Shown here: one piece after another, positions 26,701 through 38,305 of the stretch
Numbering within the stretch: position 1 is the stretch's first letter
Layout of the letters: each line of letters starts with the position of its first letter
Assembly: GCA_951406725.2 (NCBI GenBank)
Contig: OX597816.1
Span: forward strand, 80,910,001-80,974,000
Reading direction: 5' to 3'
From: Octopus vulgaris
Taxonomy: Eukaryota
DNA: 64,000 nucleotides
Notes under the pieces: generated by a model
What the model was told of the DNA's origin: nothing
What the model saw: the letters and a program-made list of their open reading frames with translations, nothing else
Database searches by the model: none
Translations under genes and position numbers: made by a program

Positions 26701-27257
26701 TAATCTTCCCTAAAAAATGTTAGATTTCATGATTATTTCAAGAAATAGGTCGGTAAAATGTCATAACGTTCAGTTTAGTTCCTCTAATTTGTGGGTTCAC
26801 AATTTCTGCACGTTCTACTTTCACTTTTATCTCAGAAAAGTAAAAACAAAAAAAAAAGAAAGAAAACGAATGTCTATAATATTCTGGGGTTTGGAAATCG
26901 ACTTTGCTCAAGTGTCCAAATATTAGCGACTGATAATCGCCCCTTTACAATTTACCTAATGCCTCGTCTAAAGAAATTTCAAACTGAAATTTACCAAGAT
27001 ATTGATTTATGTCTTGTTTTCAAGACATAGAATTTCTTACCCCACTTAATTTGGAAACTGAATAAGAATAATTTTTTTTTTAAAAAAAAGGAGACAAAAG
27101 TAAAAAGAAAAAAAGAAGAGAAAACAAAAATATAAATATGTGTGCAAAGAAAGTTATTAAAAAAATTTTTTGTTTTTTTTGAAGAGCGGCTACTGAGAAG
27201 ATATTTGTGAAGAGGAATATCATAAGTTTACAACACTTTTCGCGTGTGAGCAAGTCA

Positions 27258-27316
<59 letters not shown>

Positions 27317-27332
27317 CATGCGTGTGTGTGCA

Positions 27333-27364
<32 letters not shown>

Positions 27365-28794
27365 CACATTTATACTGTTACAACTTTTTTAGTTCCTATC
27401 GATAATCATAACAAATTAGCTTCGCTTAGGAAAGTGATAAATCCCGTAGGAAAATATTATTATCGTTGGTTACGCATAAAAAGAGCGCCTCCACACTGCC
27501 ACCTTGCTTTATTGTAGTAGGTTACACACACAATTAAGTATTACATACATATTTAAAGAAGATAATTCCTTACACCATAAATTTATAGAAATAGTTCAGC
27601 CGAAACTTGATTCTCTGAAGACACAGCTAACAGTGTCAACTTGTCAGTGAAGAGAAAGAGATTTTCTTGTTTTTGCTTATCGAGATGTCATCAGAGGAAG
27701 TATAAGTGCCTTTGAGAATTTTTACTTAATCTTGCCATAGACTACGTATTGTTCATTCTACAGTGGCACAGTTAACAGGATATTACTTCTTAACGTTCAG
27801 TGACAAATTTATGTCAACGTTAACGCTATTTAGCATTTTACATTTTACTAGGCCTATCAGAAAAATCTCTAGAATTGACATTAATTCAAAATTTCTTTAA
27901 TAATAAACCCGAGAACGGTTGTAGACATCTTGATGTAAAATTAATTTATACACAACAAAGAACATCGATTTTAAATGAAATTAAGAATATAGAATATAAT
28001 CTATGTGTAGTCATAAGAATTGGAATTTCTAAATATCTGAATCGGCTAAAGACAGTTCAAGAAAAGTATGCTGAGGAGAAATATTGATTTTCGAAATGAC
28101 ATTTTGGGAGATGTTATAGTCAATTGTATCAGTTCCAGTACTTGACTTGTGCTTATTACTTATTTTATTGACACCAGAAAGTTGAAAGGCTAACAGGACA
28201 TCCGAGATTTAAAGAAGAAATAACTATATAGTTCGTTCGTTATTGTCGACAATGGCCAAAGGACATCACATCGCAAGGAAAAAGAAGAAGAAATAGCTAA
28301 AAAAAACAGCAAGACGGTTGTTATGATGCTCTGTTGCTTATGTGATATTACAACCTACACCTATAATTCTTTATTCTTTTGAATTGCTTCTGTTCATTAT
28401 AAACTATAGCCTCGGAACTGGCCGCAGTGGACTACGTTATCTGCTATCATCAACGCATTGTTAATAGTGTAGACAACGTAGCTGTTAACAGCTATCAGAG
28501 AATAGATACAGACAGCTCGCTGCAGCTAGCAGCAGAACTGTGAAATTGGTCTATAGTTTTGTTAGCTTTCATTTCAGAATTTACATATGGTAACATGTCA
28601 GGAAAGAATGTATGTGAGCACGCTGAATTAAATAGATAAACCACCCAACGAGACTCGCTAAGAGCCCTACTATGACTCAGGGTTTTGGAAACTCCAACAT
28701 ATAGTATAGCTGATACAGAAGTGGGATTCGCACAAACTCATACACAAAAAGATAAGACTACATGAGTGTAACCATGACAGTGAGGTTATGAAAG

Positions 28795-28825
<31 letters not shown>

Positions 28826-29174
28826 CATACATACATACATACATACATACATACATACATACATACATACATGCATACATACATACAAGAGCCTTGCATC
28901 AAACTCAAAAGGAACAAACAATGATGATAAACTATTGCAGAAATAAAAAAGGTGTTTTTCACAAGTATATTTCTATGGAATTCATTATTTGAAATACTAG
29001 CTATGAGAGAGAGAGGGGGAGGGAGGGAGAGAGAGGGAGAAAGAGAAAAACCACCATGTCCCCCAGAAACAGCAGTTAGACTCGTAAAATTCCTACTCAG
29101 CCCCCTTAATTCAAGTATTAAATGTATTTAATGTTTTTTTTTATATTGACTCGCCTACTAATTTGACTGTCCTT

Positions 29175-29226
<52 letters not shown>

Positions 29227-29317
29227 TGTGTGTGTGCACGTGTGTGGTGTGCATGTGTGTGTGTGTGAGAGAGAGAGGAAGAGAGAGAGAGAGAGAGTGT
29301 GTGTGTGTGTGTGTATG

Positions 29318-29349
<32 letters not shown>

Positions 29350-29540
29350 GAACTACCTGCGATGCCAGTTGTTTTCTTTCCATCGGTGGTACCAACTTTT
29401 TCGGGTTTGTCATCAGACTTACGACAGCTGAATAAGTCTGATGATCAGCGTATCGTTACCAAGAGACTTGAAGCCCTGTATGCGAGTCTCCATGACTGTA
29501 TCATTCTATCTCTCTCTCTCTCTCTCTCTCTAGCTATCTA

Positions 29541-29600
<60 letters not shown>

Positions 29601-30132
29601 CATACGAAAGTGTTGGAAACAATACCTCGCGGCATTTGTTCCGACTCTTTCCACTCTTAGTCCAAATCCTACCAAGATCAACTTTGTCTCTCATGCTTTC
29701 GGGGGTTGATAACGTATCATTCCAGGGCAGTGGATCAGCAGAGCTGTTCGAGTGTGGGAAAAGATGCCTAGCCTTATTTCATGCAACTCTTTGCGTCCTG
29801 ACTGCAACGGCAGTTAAAAGCTGTGTCGGCTTTAGATAAGCATCGGTGACTTGGAGAGGGAAGACTGAATGCATTTATTAAAAAACTATCTAATATTGTG
29901 CTTAAGTGATCAACCTTGACTGATATAGGCTCTCTCTCTCACTCTCTCTACTCTCCACCTTTACGTATATACATAGACACACACGCACACACACACTCAC
30001 AAACACACACACACATATATATGTGAATGTATAATATATATATATATACACATACATATATATATAATACATTTGTAAATGCATATATATATATTTGTAT
30101 ATATGTGTTTCATCAACTACAAATAGATGACT

Positions 30133-30225
<93 letters not shown>

Positions 30226-31957
30226 AACACACACATACATTCATATAACCTCCCCATACACACACACATACGTTTATATGATACAATACTTTGTACAATT
30301 TCTCATCAGTTACTTGGATATTCACTTTAGCTTTCAATTTTTCACTTCCTCTTTAATATCCTCATTTCTGTGGACTCTCTTCTCTTGCTATCTGTTTTGT
30401 GTGAGTATGCATATATAGTTACGACATACATACATGTGTGTGTATGTGTGTGTGTGTGTGTTTGTTCACGTACGCGTATGTGTGTTTGTGTTTACGTGTG
30501 TGTACAATGTATGTGAGTAAACGTGCACATGAGATTACGTTTTAATTGGCATTGAGACTATGGCACAGGAACAAAACCGACAGCGGTTATACGCTCTACG
30601 AATGATTTTGAAGGAAACATTGTGTTCATTTTGGTTTAATTTTTTCTGTTTTTGTTTATTTGGTTTTTAATTTTAGATTTTTAATTTTAGTTTTTGCCAA
30701 TGGCCTTACTAAGCGATTCCGTTAATTTAATCAGAAAAGTTATATCACGAGTTTAATGTCACGGAGCTGCTATAGCTTATGAAACGGAAATCTACTGGTT
30801 GTTCAGCGGCAATCTGATACATAGAAGCAGAATACATGAGACGATTAAGTGTGCACTTGAGCTTGTTGTTAGCTGGAAACTGAGCGCAACCCGGAACGGT
30901 CAGAGTTAATATGCCGTATTTCGATGTGTTAAAAATGATGTTCTAGTAAGGATTTGAGAATAATTTAAAACGACTTCGAATTATTGACTTAACTTGCTGC
31001 TTCGGTGAATGTAATTGTTGGGTAGGTCATTGAGCAACACAATAGAGGAGACGGAGACATGTCTGGAATAAACTATTGTCTGCTTCAGACAAATAAATGA
31101 TGGCTTCATTGTCATAGCAGAAGCAAAGGCTATGCTTAATATGAATGATATGAAAAATTCACTTGAAGTTGATAAATAGCAATTTTAGTCAATTAGAAGC
31201 GAAACTTAATAAGATATTTAAGTGCTGTTTAAAGCCAACTCATTGACAGCGGCTTTGCGGCTTGATCATAAGCAATGATTGAAACAGCTAACCAGCTGCT
31301 TGTCTGTAATAACTCGAATCTCATACATCGACTTTCACACACATTCCTTTAATAACATTATGCACACATACACACACACATATATATATATATGATTTCA
31401 CGCAATCATATAATATTATAATATTACATTCTGCCAGTGTCTATAAATATATATATATATATATAAACCCATAGTCATTGAGACAAACTAGCACATATGA
31501 TTGCATGCAAAATTATTAAACAATACCAGTTAGTTATATATATTTTCTCAATTAACATTTTGCGAGGAAGTGCTTGCCGCTTATTATGTTCAGTCTGTGC
31601 AACCATATTTTTAGTCAATCTACTCGTCACCAAGCTATAATTAGCTTCGTTCCTCAACAATTTTGAATTTCAATACTGCTTTGTATTACTTTCGTAATAA
31701 TTTACATTTTACACGAGTGTAAAAAAAAAAAGATTTGAAATTTCAGAATAGAAAACGATTAAGCATCCGACATTTCATTATTACGACACAGTTCCATTCT
31801 CCCAGAGAACTATTACACTTCTGTCTGCGTTACAAAATTTATCAATACCCTAAGTTCCAGTTGCTTTTAATATCAAAACTTGCGTCTCTCTCTCGCTCTT
31901 CCTCCTTTACTACACAAACACACACACACATACATATATAAACATATGTACATATAC

Positions 31958-32013
<56 letters not shown>

Positions 32014-32073
32014 ATATTTCGGAATGGTCATATTGCCAGTTTAGCCAATAAAATATTTAAACGTATATATATA

Positions 32074-32116
<43 letters not shown>

Positions 32117-32429
32117 ATATATATAATTGTGGTGTACGTGTTAGTATGTTAGAGAATGAGGTGCAATTCCACCATGAACTGGATTCGATAATCTGTAGCA
32201 ATAATTTCTCATTAATCAAACTAGTAATGTCATATGGAATGCCATATATCACATACCTCAATGTATTCTAAGGGAGGAAATCGTAAAGCACAGCACTAAA
32301 TACCTGACAGTTTAAAGCCTGTCAGTCGTGCATGACCTGTATATGTAAATATGCCTCGATATGTATGTGGATATCGGTGTATGCACATATTATGTGTGCG
32401 TAGATATGCACATATATGCACAGGACTAC

Positions 32430-32545
32430 GAAGGTGCGTGGTTTTGTGGATAAGGTATTCGGCTGACGATCATAAGGTCGTGAGTTCGATTCTCGACCGC
32501 GTGCTGTGACTTTGAGCAAGATGCTTTATTTCTCGTTGAGTTTTA
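32430..32545 (+). mobile_element. tRNA-derived SINE head (CORE-like) fragment
   Basis: A-box-like tggttttgtgg, B-box gagttcgattc, then gtgactttgagcaagatgctttatttc as in 39511-39844. Confidence 0.75.
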
Positions 32546-32630
32546 CCTGTTGTTCAAAGGGACAGCTTTTCCCATTCTCATTCTCACAGAGAACTATATT
32601 AAGGGTACGCGTGTCTTTGGTGAGAGCCAA

Positions 32631-32679
<49 letters not shown>

Positions 32680-35574
32680 CCTTTAAAACTGTCCTCTCTC
32701 TTCATGCCTTCAAAATAAATCAGTACCCACAAATTTTTAGCACTCAACAAAACACAAATAGCATTGCTACCTCAATATTGTTATTTCTATCTACAAAGCC
32801 ATCCAAGGCTGTATCCACAGAAAGTATAAGTGACTGTTGGCATAAAACCAACACGCTCAAGGCTCCATTCCGCACACGTTTTGCATCCTTTCTGCATTTC
32901 CTATTCCTACTCTAACGCTTAATAGTTTCTGCTTGCCATCTTCAGACAGGCACTCCCGAATCACCCATTCACCCTCTCTCATCACTCATGTTGTATCCTC
33001 ATACAAATTAGTACACCTAGCCTTGCTTCCCCAACAACGCCGATTTTGGAGATGTATGTGCTTTCCATGCAGCTATCGACTTGCAACAGTTGAAGTAAAC
33101 TTTTAACATAAATAGTTTGGCCTCACAAAATCTGTGTCCCCTTAATCCAGATCCGGGAAGTCATTATTACATGTATGTGCGCTCATATTAAGGGTGTTGT
33201 TATAACGAACAGGAGTTCAAAGTATGAGGTGTATAGGAGGTAAGGAGAATAAATTATATTTATTCGGCTGACGTCTTATGCTGCTAATTGGAGTTACGGT
33301 TTCTTGTGCAGTTTATGAGAAATAGGGATCTATTAAATAAAAACTTAAAAAAAAAAAACATTTGCCCAAATTGTCATACAATGGGATCCAACCCAGGATC
33401 TCGTGAGGGCAAATCAAACAATAACATGTGTGAGTCGGTGCGCTCGCACAAACACATACACACACACAAAGAGTATAAACACACAGCTTATATATGTGTG
33501 TGTTTGAGTTCGCACATATATATTAATGTATATAAATACATAAGCACCCTCCATATATGTGTGCATGTGTATATGTACATATATGCATGCAAAGAATATG
33601 TGCATGAGGCACACTTATTTTTGCTTGTATATACGAATGTAATTTAACAGAGTGCATGTGATTATACCGAACGTACGGCATACGTTTATGTTCATATTAT
33701 TGTATATATTCACAAATACACACACACACATACACACCTCTCAGGAGCAATCATACAATTGTCTATACATCTCTTTATGTATGAAAGCGTGTTTATTTGT
33801 CATAAGATATTTTCTGCCATTTTCTATTTCAAGTGAATAAAATGCTCCCATCTGAGCTAAGCTGAGCTTTAAAATTTAGAGTGAAAGAAAATATTTGACT
33901 GAATAGCAGAAGATTAAATTTCTTCAACAGAAGATATAAGAATTAATCCAACATCGAGCAGCAGCTTTTTGATTTTCTTCAAATTCTCTATTGATTTGAT
34001 CAAATTACTCCCTCACTATCAAATCCATTCGATCTCACTGTGAAAAAAAAATTCTGCCTTTCTCCCTCTCCTTTGCCTAAAACTGAAAGTAATCCAAATT
34101 TTGATACATTTATTTTTGTAGTGCGTATTCTCGTTCCGTTTGTTAGTTTGGGGAAAAAATTTAACTATTTTATTCTATTTTATTTCATTATATTTTTATT
34201 CTATTTGTTTTACGATTTTAATTTTCACAATTTTTTTTAAAATGAAAACTGCCAAATCGTGCTTGTATCTTGGTGCCGATATTTTTTCTCCGTCTTTAAT
34301 CTAATTTTTTAAATCTGTGTTTTATGTACATTTCCTTTGATTTGTTTTTCTTAATTTTTTTTTTTCCAGTGGGGTTGAGTTTAAGTGAAATGAGTAGTGG
34401 AAAACCACTGTTCGGCAACTTAGAAAATAATTATTGTGTCTCTCCGTTTCAAATTTTCTCTTAATAAGTTCGTAAGTCCTCCGTTACAGCATAAATACAA
34501 CCGAGGGAGGAGGAGAGAAATGAAATAACAAAAATAGAAGGTAACTAGGAACGGAAAAAATGTAAAAAGGAAGAGTGAACGTAAACGAGAAAAAGAAAGA
34601 AAGGAAAGAGAAAGGAATAAAAATATATTAGAAAGAAAGAAGGAAAAAGAAAGTGAAAAAAAAAAGAGAAGAAAATGATATAGCGTAATCTTGGGCTTAT
34701 CACTGAGATTAAGCAGATATTTCTACGATGTCAGTGCAGAAAAATCTGGTGTTATAGCTTGTCATAGTATCGTTCTGATGTGAGATTTGGTAATCGAGCG
34801 AAAAATAGTTAGACTAAACAGAAGGCGAACGATGAAGGGCTAGAGGGGTGATGGTGGTGGTGGTGGAAGATGAGGAGGAGGAGGAGGAAATATAATACTG
34901 CAACAATAACGATAACATCAAAAACAATAACAGCAAACAAGAGAAAAAAGAACAGCAGGGAACAGGGGGATTCTATTAGCTGCAAGTAATAAAAGTCATT
35001 AAACTATTCCCCTCATTAAAGGTTCCGCTACCATATAATGCTATAAGACATATTTGTCCTCCACCTAAGCCTATACAATGTGACTACGATATAATTATCT
35101 TTCACTTTCGTTCCGTTCACTCTTACTTCTCCCTATATCAACTCTTTCTTTTCCCTTCTAAGTCTTTCTTTTCTTTTTAATTAATCATCTTCTCCCATCT
35201 CCCTACTCTTCCGCTTCTTTTTTCTTCTTTTACTGCCTCCGTCTTCTATCTGAAGATCACTGCTTAATATCAGTTTCCGTGAAACACCGATATACATACA
35301 CGCAAGCAGGCGCACGTGCACACTCACACACACACACACGCACAAATATAAATATATTTATATTGTACGCACGATGGTGTGTGTGTGTATAATTCATAAT
35401 CGTTCAATCTTATTTTCTAAGTACTTGGCCATGGCTTTTTCATGAACTTATTATTGCCTGGAATGTGTGTGAGTGTGTGTGTGTATGTGTGTGTGTAAGC
35501 TCGTAAGTTGATATATGTGTGTGTCTGTGTGCGTGTATCGCCATGATTGACCTCTAATTCCACAAGTTTGTTTT

Positions 35575-35744
35575 TTATTATTTTCTCTCTGTTTATTTCT
35601 TCGTGTTCCTTTCTATTGAAGAGCGTAGGCTGGAAGCGTAAAAGTCTTTCTCACCTTCCCGAGTGTCGAACTAATACACCTGCTTGTTGTTTATATACCT
35701 CTCTCCTGTCTACATCTCTGGTTTTTCTGTAAATTTCAAATATA
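35575..35744 (+). mobile_element. Degenerate second copy of the 18985-19210 repeat
   Basis: ctttctattgaagagcgtaggctggaagcgtaaaag (35609-35644) plus downstream similarity. Confidence 0.7.
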
Positions 35745-35746
35745 TA

Positions 35747-35941
35747 GGAGATGTACTCGCATAGCAAGTAATTTGATCTGAGATCGTGTGCTGAAACGAA
35801 AACAATTGCAGCGTGGAAGGTGTTTATAAGCCATTTAAGAAACACACAAAAGCCGTTCGATTCACTCCAACATTTAAGTTTAATTTGTCAAAATATTTTC
35901 GTCGCTAAAATCCGCGACCTGTTCACTGACAAAGTCCGTGC

Positions 35942-35945
<4 letters not shown>
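35747..35945 (-). mobile_element. Small TA-flanked repeat with hammerhead-like fold at 35884-35933
   Basis: Second copy at 15633-15805. Minus strand reads tttgtca-GTGAACAG-gtcgc..gcgac-GAAA-atattt-tgacaaa. Confidence 0.75.
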
Positions 35946-35976
<31 letters not shown>

Positions 35977-36301
35977 ACGCCCATATATGTATATGTATAT
36001 ATATATATATATGTATATATATATACACACACATATACACACATACATATATCATTTATTCTTCTATTTGTTTCAGTCATTTGACTGCGGCCATTCTGGA
36101 GTACCGGATTTTAGTCGAACAAATCGACCCTAGAACTTATTCCTTGTAAGCCTAGTACTTATTCTATCGGATATCTTTTGCCGAACTGCTAAATTACGGG
36201 GACGTAAACACACCAACATCTGTTGTCGAGCGATGCTTGCGGACAAACACAGAAACACACAAATTTACACACACGCACACACATACATATTATATATATA
36301 T

Positions 36302-36754
36302 ATCAGAAATATTAAACTTCTAAATGTCTCAAAGAGACATGAGCGGTGGTGGGGCGATAGAGTGGTTGTATACTGTCACGTTAAGTTGACAGTATACAAC
36401 CACTCTATCGCTCCACCACCGCTCATGCCTCTTTGAGACATTTAGAAATTTAACATTTCTGATTACGGTAACCAGTGAATAGATTTCACTATAAATATAT
36501 ATATTTGTGAAGGCTGGACATGCACCTCAATCAGCAGATCTCACTATCCTGGGCTGATGACGGGATAAGCCCCAGAAACATGCATGTCCTGAGGTGTGAA
36601 TCTTGGCTGGTAGGGATGCTTGCCTCCCCTTCACAAATATAAGGACACAGAAAATGTGTCAAAGCCGACAAGAAGCGTTCGATGCTTCCTAGGGCTAAAC
36701 AGCGGTGGTGTAATTCCCATACGGGACTGTCACGTTAAGTTGACAGTATACAAC

Positions 36755-36758
<4 letters not shown>
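36302..36758 (+). mobile_element. Retrozyme-like / non-autonomous Penelope-like element: 354-bp unit with 33-bp terminal direct repeat and 77-bp inverted 5' extension
   Basis: 36372-36404 is identical to 36726-36758. 36302-36378 is the reverse complement of 36387-36463 (4 mismatches). Internal hammerhead. (TA)n on both sides. Confidence 0.8.
36545..36597 (+). ncRNA. Type I hammerhead ribozyme
   Basis: CUGAUGA 36554-36560, stem II GGG/CCC, GAAA 36575-36578, palindromic stem III ACAUGCAUGU, GUC triplet (predicted cleavage after 36588), stem I ccuggg/cugagg with one mismatch. Confidence 0.8.
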
Positions 36759-36790
<32 letters not shown>

Positions 36791-36822
36791 TTTATTTTAA
36801 GCAGCAGAAAATTCAACAAAAT

Positions 36823-36860
36823 CTGTTACTCTGAGTTTCTCGTTGCCGTTCATCAGACAG
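36823..36860 (-). ncRNA. Minimal type I hammerhead ribozyme (mirror copy)
   Basis: Exact reverse complement of 36885-36922. Confidence 0.72.
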
Positions 36861-36884
36861 TTTTTGCTAGAATTCTAGCAAAAA

Positions 36885-36922
36885 CTGTCTGATGAACGGC
36901 AACGAGAAACTCAGAGTAACAG
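36885..36922 (+). ncRNA. Minimal type I hammerhead ribozyme
   Basis: Stem I cugu/acag, CUGAUGA 36889-36895, stem II CG-GCAA-CG, GAAA 36906-36909, stem III ACUC-a-GAGU, GUA triplet. Confidence 0.75.
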
Positions 36923-37024
36923 ATTTTGTTGAATTTTCTGCTGCTTAAAATAAAGCATATTACTCTACCACTGGTATTTGAGTACTCTTTTTTCCACCTT
37001 GTTTCACATTTATGTGTTTACTCC

Positions 37025-37059
<35 letters not shown>

Positions 37060-37499
37060 GGCGAGCTTCTTTCAGTTTCTGTCTACCAAATCGACTCACA
37101 AGCCTTTGGTCAGCCAGAGGCTATAGTAGAAGATACGTGCCCGGAACCATGTGGTTGCTAAGCAAGCTACTTACCACACAGCCACGCCGAATATGACGGA
37201 TTTAGTTCACTTGTGATCTAATCGAATAAGCAAGCTGAGTGCTATAGTTTGTCGACCGTTAGGTTCCAAGAACACAGCTAAGGTTGGATCTAGGGATCCG
37301 TATTAGGATATATAACTCAATGTCATGAAAAGAGGATATATTGTGCTAGGCACACAGTATTGGGAGAAGATAAATAGAATAGATACGGTAGCAATGCTCG
37401 TCTGCGATCATTTGTCTCCTAGATCAGAACTAAACTGGCTCTAAACATTAACTACAACAACAGTAACATAAATTATGGAATGAAGGAATGATAAATGAT

Positions 37500-37636
37500 A
37501 ACCACATGGTTCCAGGTTCAGTCCCACTGCGTGGCACCTTGGGCAAATGTCTTCTACTATAGCCACGGGCCGACCAAAGCCTTGTACGTGGATTTGGTAG
37601 ACGGAAACTGAAAGAAGCCCGTCGTATATATATATG

Positions 37637-37670
<34 letters not shown>

Positions 37671-37779
37671 TGTATGTATGTATGTATGTGTGTGTATATG
37701 TTTGTGTGTCTGTGTTTGCCCCCCACCCCACCCCCACATCGCTTGACAACCGATGCTGGTGTGTTTACGTCCCCGTAAC
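37500..37779 (+). mobile_element. SINE family A, partial
   Basis: B-box ggttcagtccc, ccttgggcaa CORE-like motif, gtagacggaaactgaaagaagcccgtcg, internal TA/TATG tract. Confidence 0.9.
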
Positions 37780-38197
37780 AGTGTAAAAGAGTAAAAGAGT
37801 AAAGAGTATATGTCAAAGCGGAATGACGACAGAAATGAAAGAGCGGTACACTAAATGTTGTAACGATATTTGGGTGGCTTTCACTACTCTCTGATTTCAA
37901 GATCGAATCCCACAATCATCAAATTTACTATCCAATGTTTTGAAGAACAATTAATGCACTGACGTCAATACACAAGACTACACTTCCTCTATAAACATGC
38001 AGCTCTCTGGGCCAATGGGGGAACCTTCTAAAAATAATAACTACATCTCCCGCAACTCACACCGAACTTTCTTTAATAGTAGTCTTAAATAGAGTATATG
38101 ACGGTTTGGCACAGCCGTTTCGGCGCCGCCTATTTGGCTTTGCTGATTCGACACAATCTATTTGACATCAAGTACTCCAGTATTTCTCTCGTTCGCT

Positions 38198-38305
<108 letters not shown>

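Larger units (their letters stand above)
36790..37027 (+). mobile_element. Penelope-pLTR-like element beginning with a perfect 166-bp palindrome
   Basis: 36790-36872 is the exact reverse complement of 36873-36955, centred on gaattc. About 70 bp of unique tail follows. TA tracts on both sides. Confidence 0.8.
36055..37188 (-). mobile_element. SINE family A copy split by insertions into its internal (TA)n tract
   Basis: 36055-36300 matches about 43530-43760, and 37058-37188 matches about 43765-43920. The intervening 0.75 kb holds two hammerhead elements. Confidence 0.88.

Noticed and set aside
34370-34471. Plus-strand segment between a polypyrimidine-ccag and gtaagt
   Set aside because: The ATG frame ends in a stop after 24 codons and no partner exons are identifiable.
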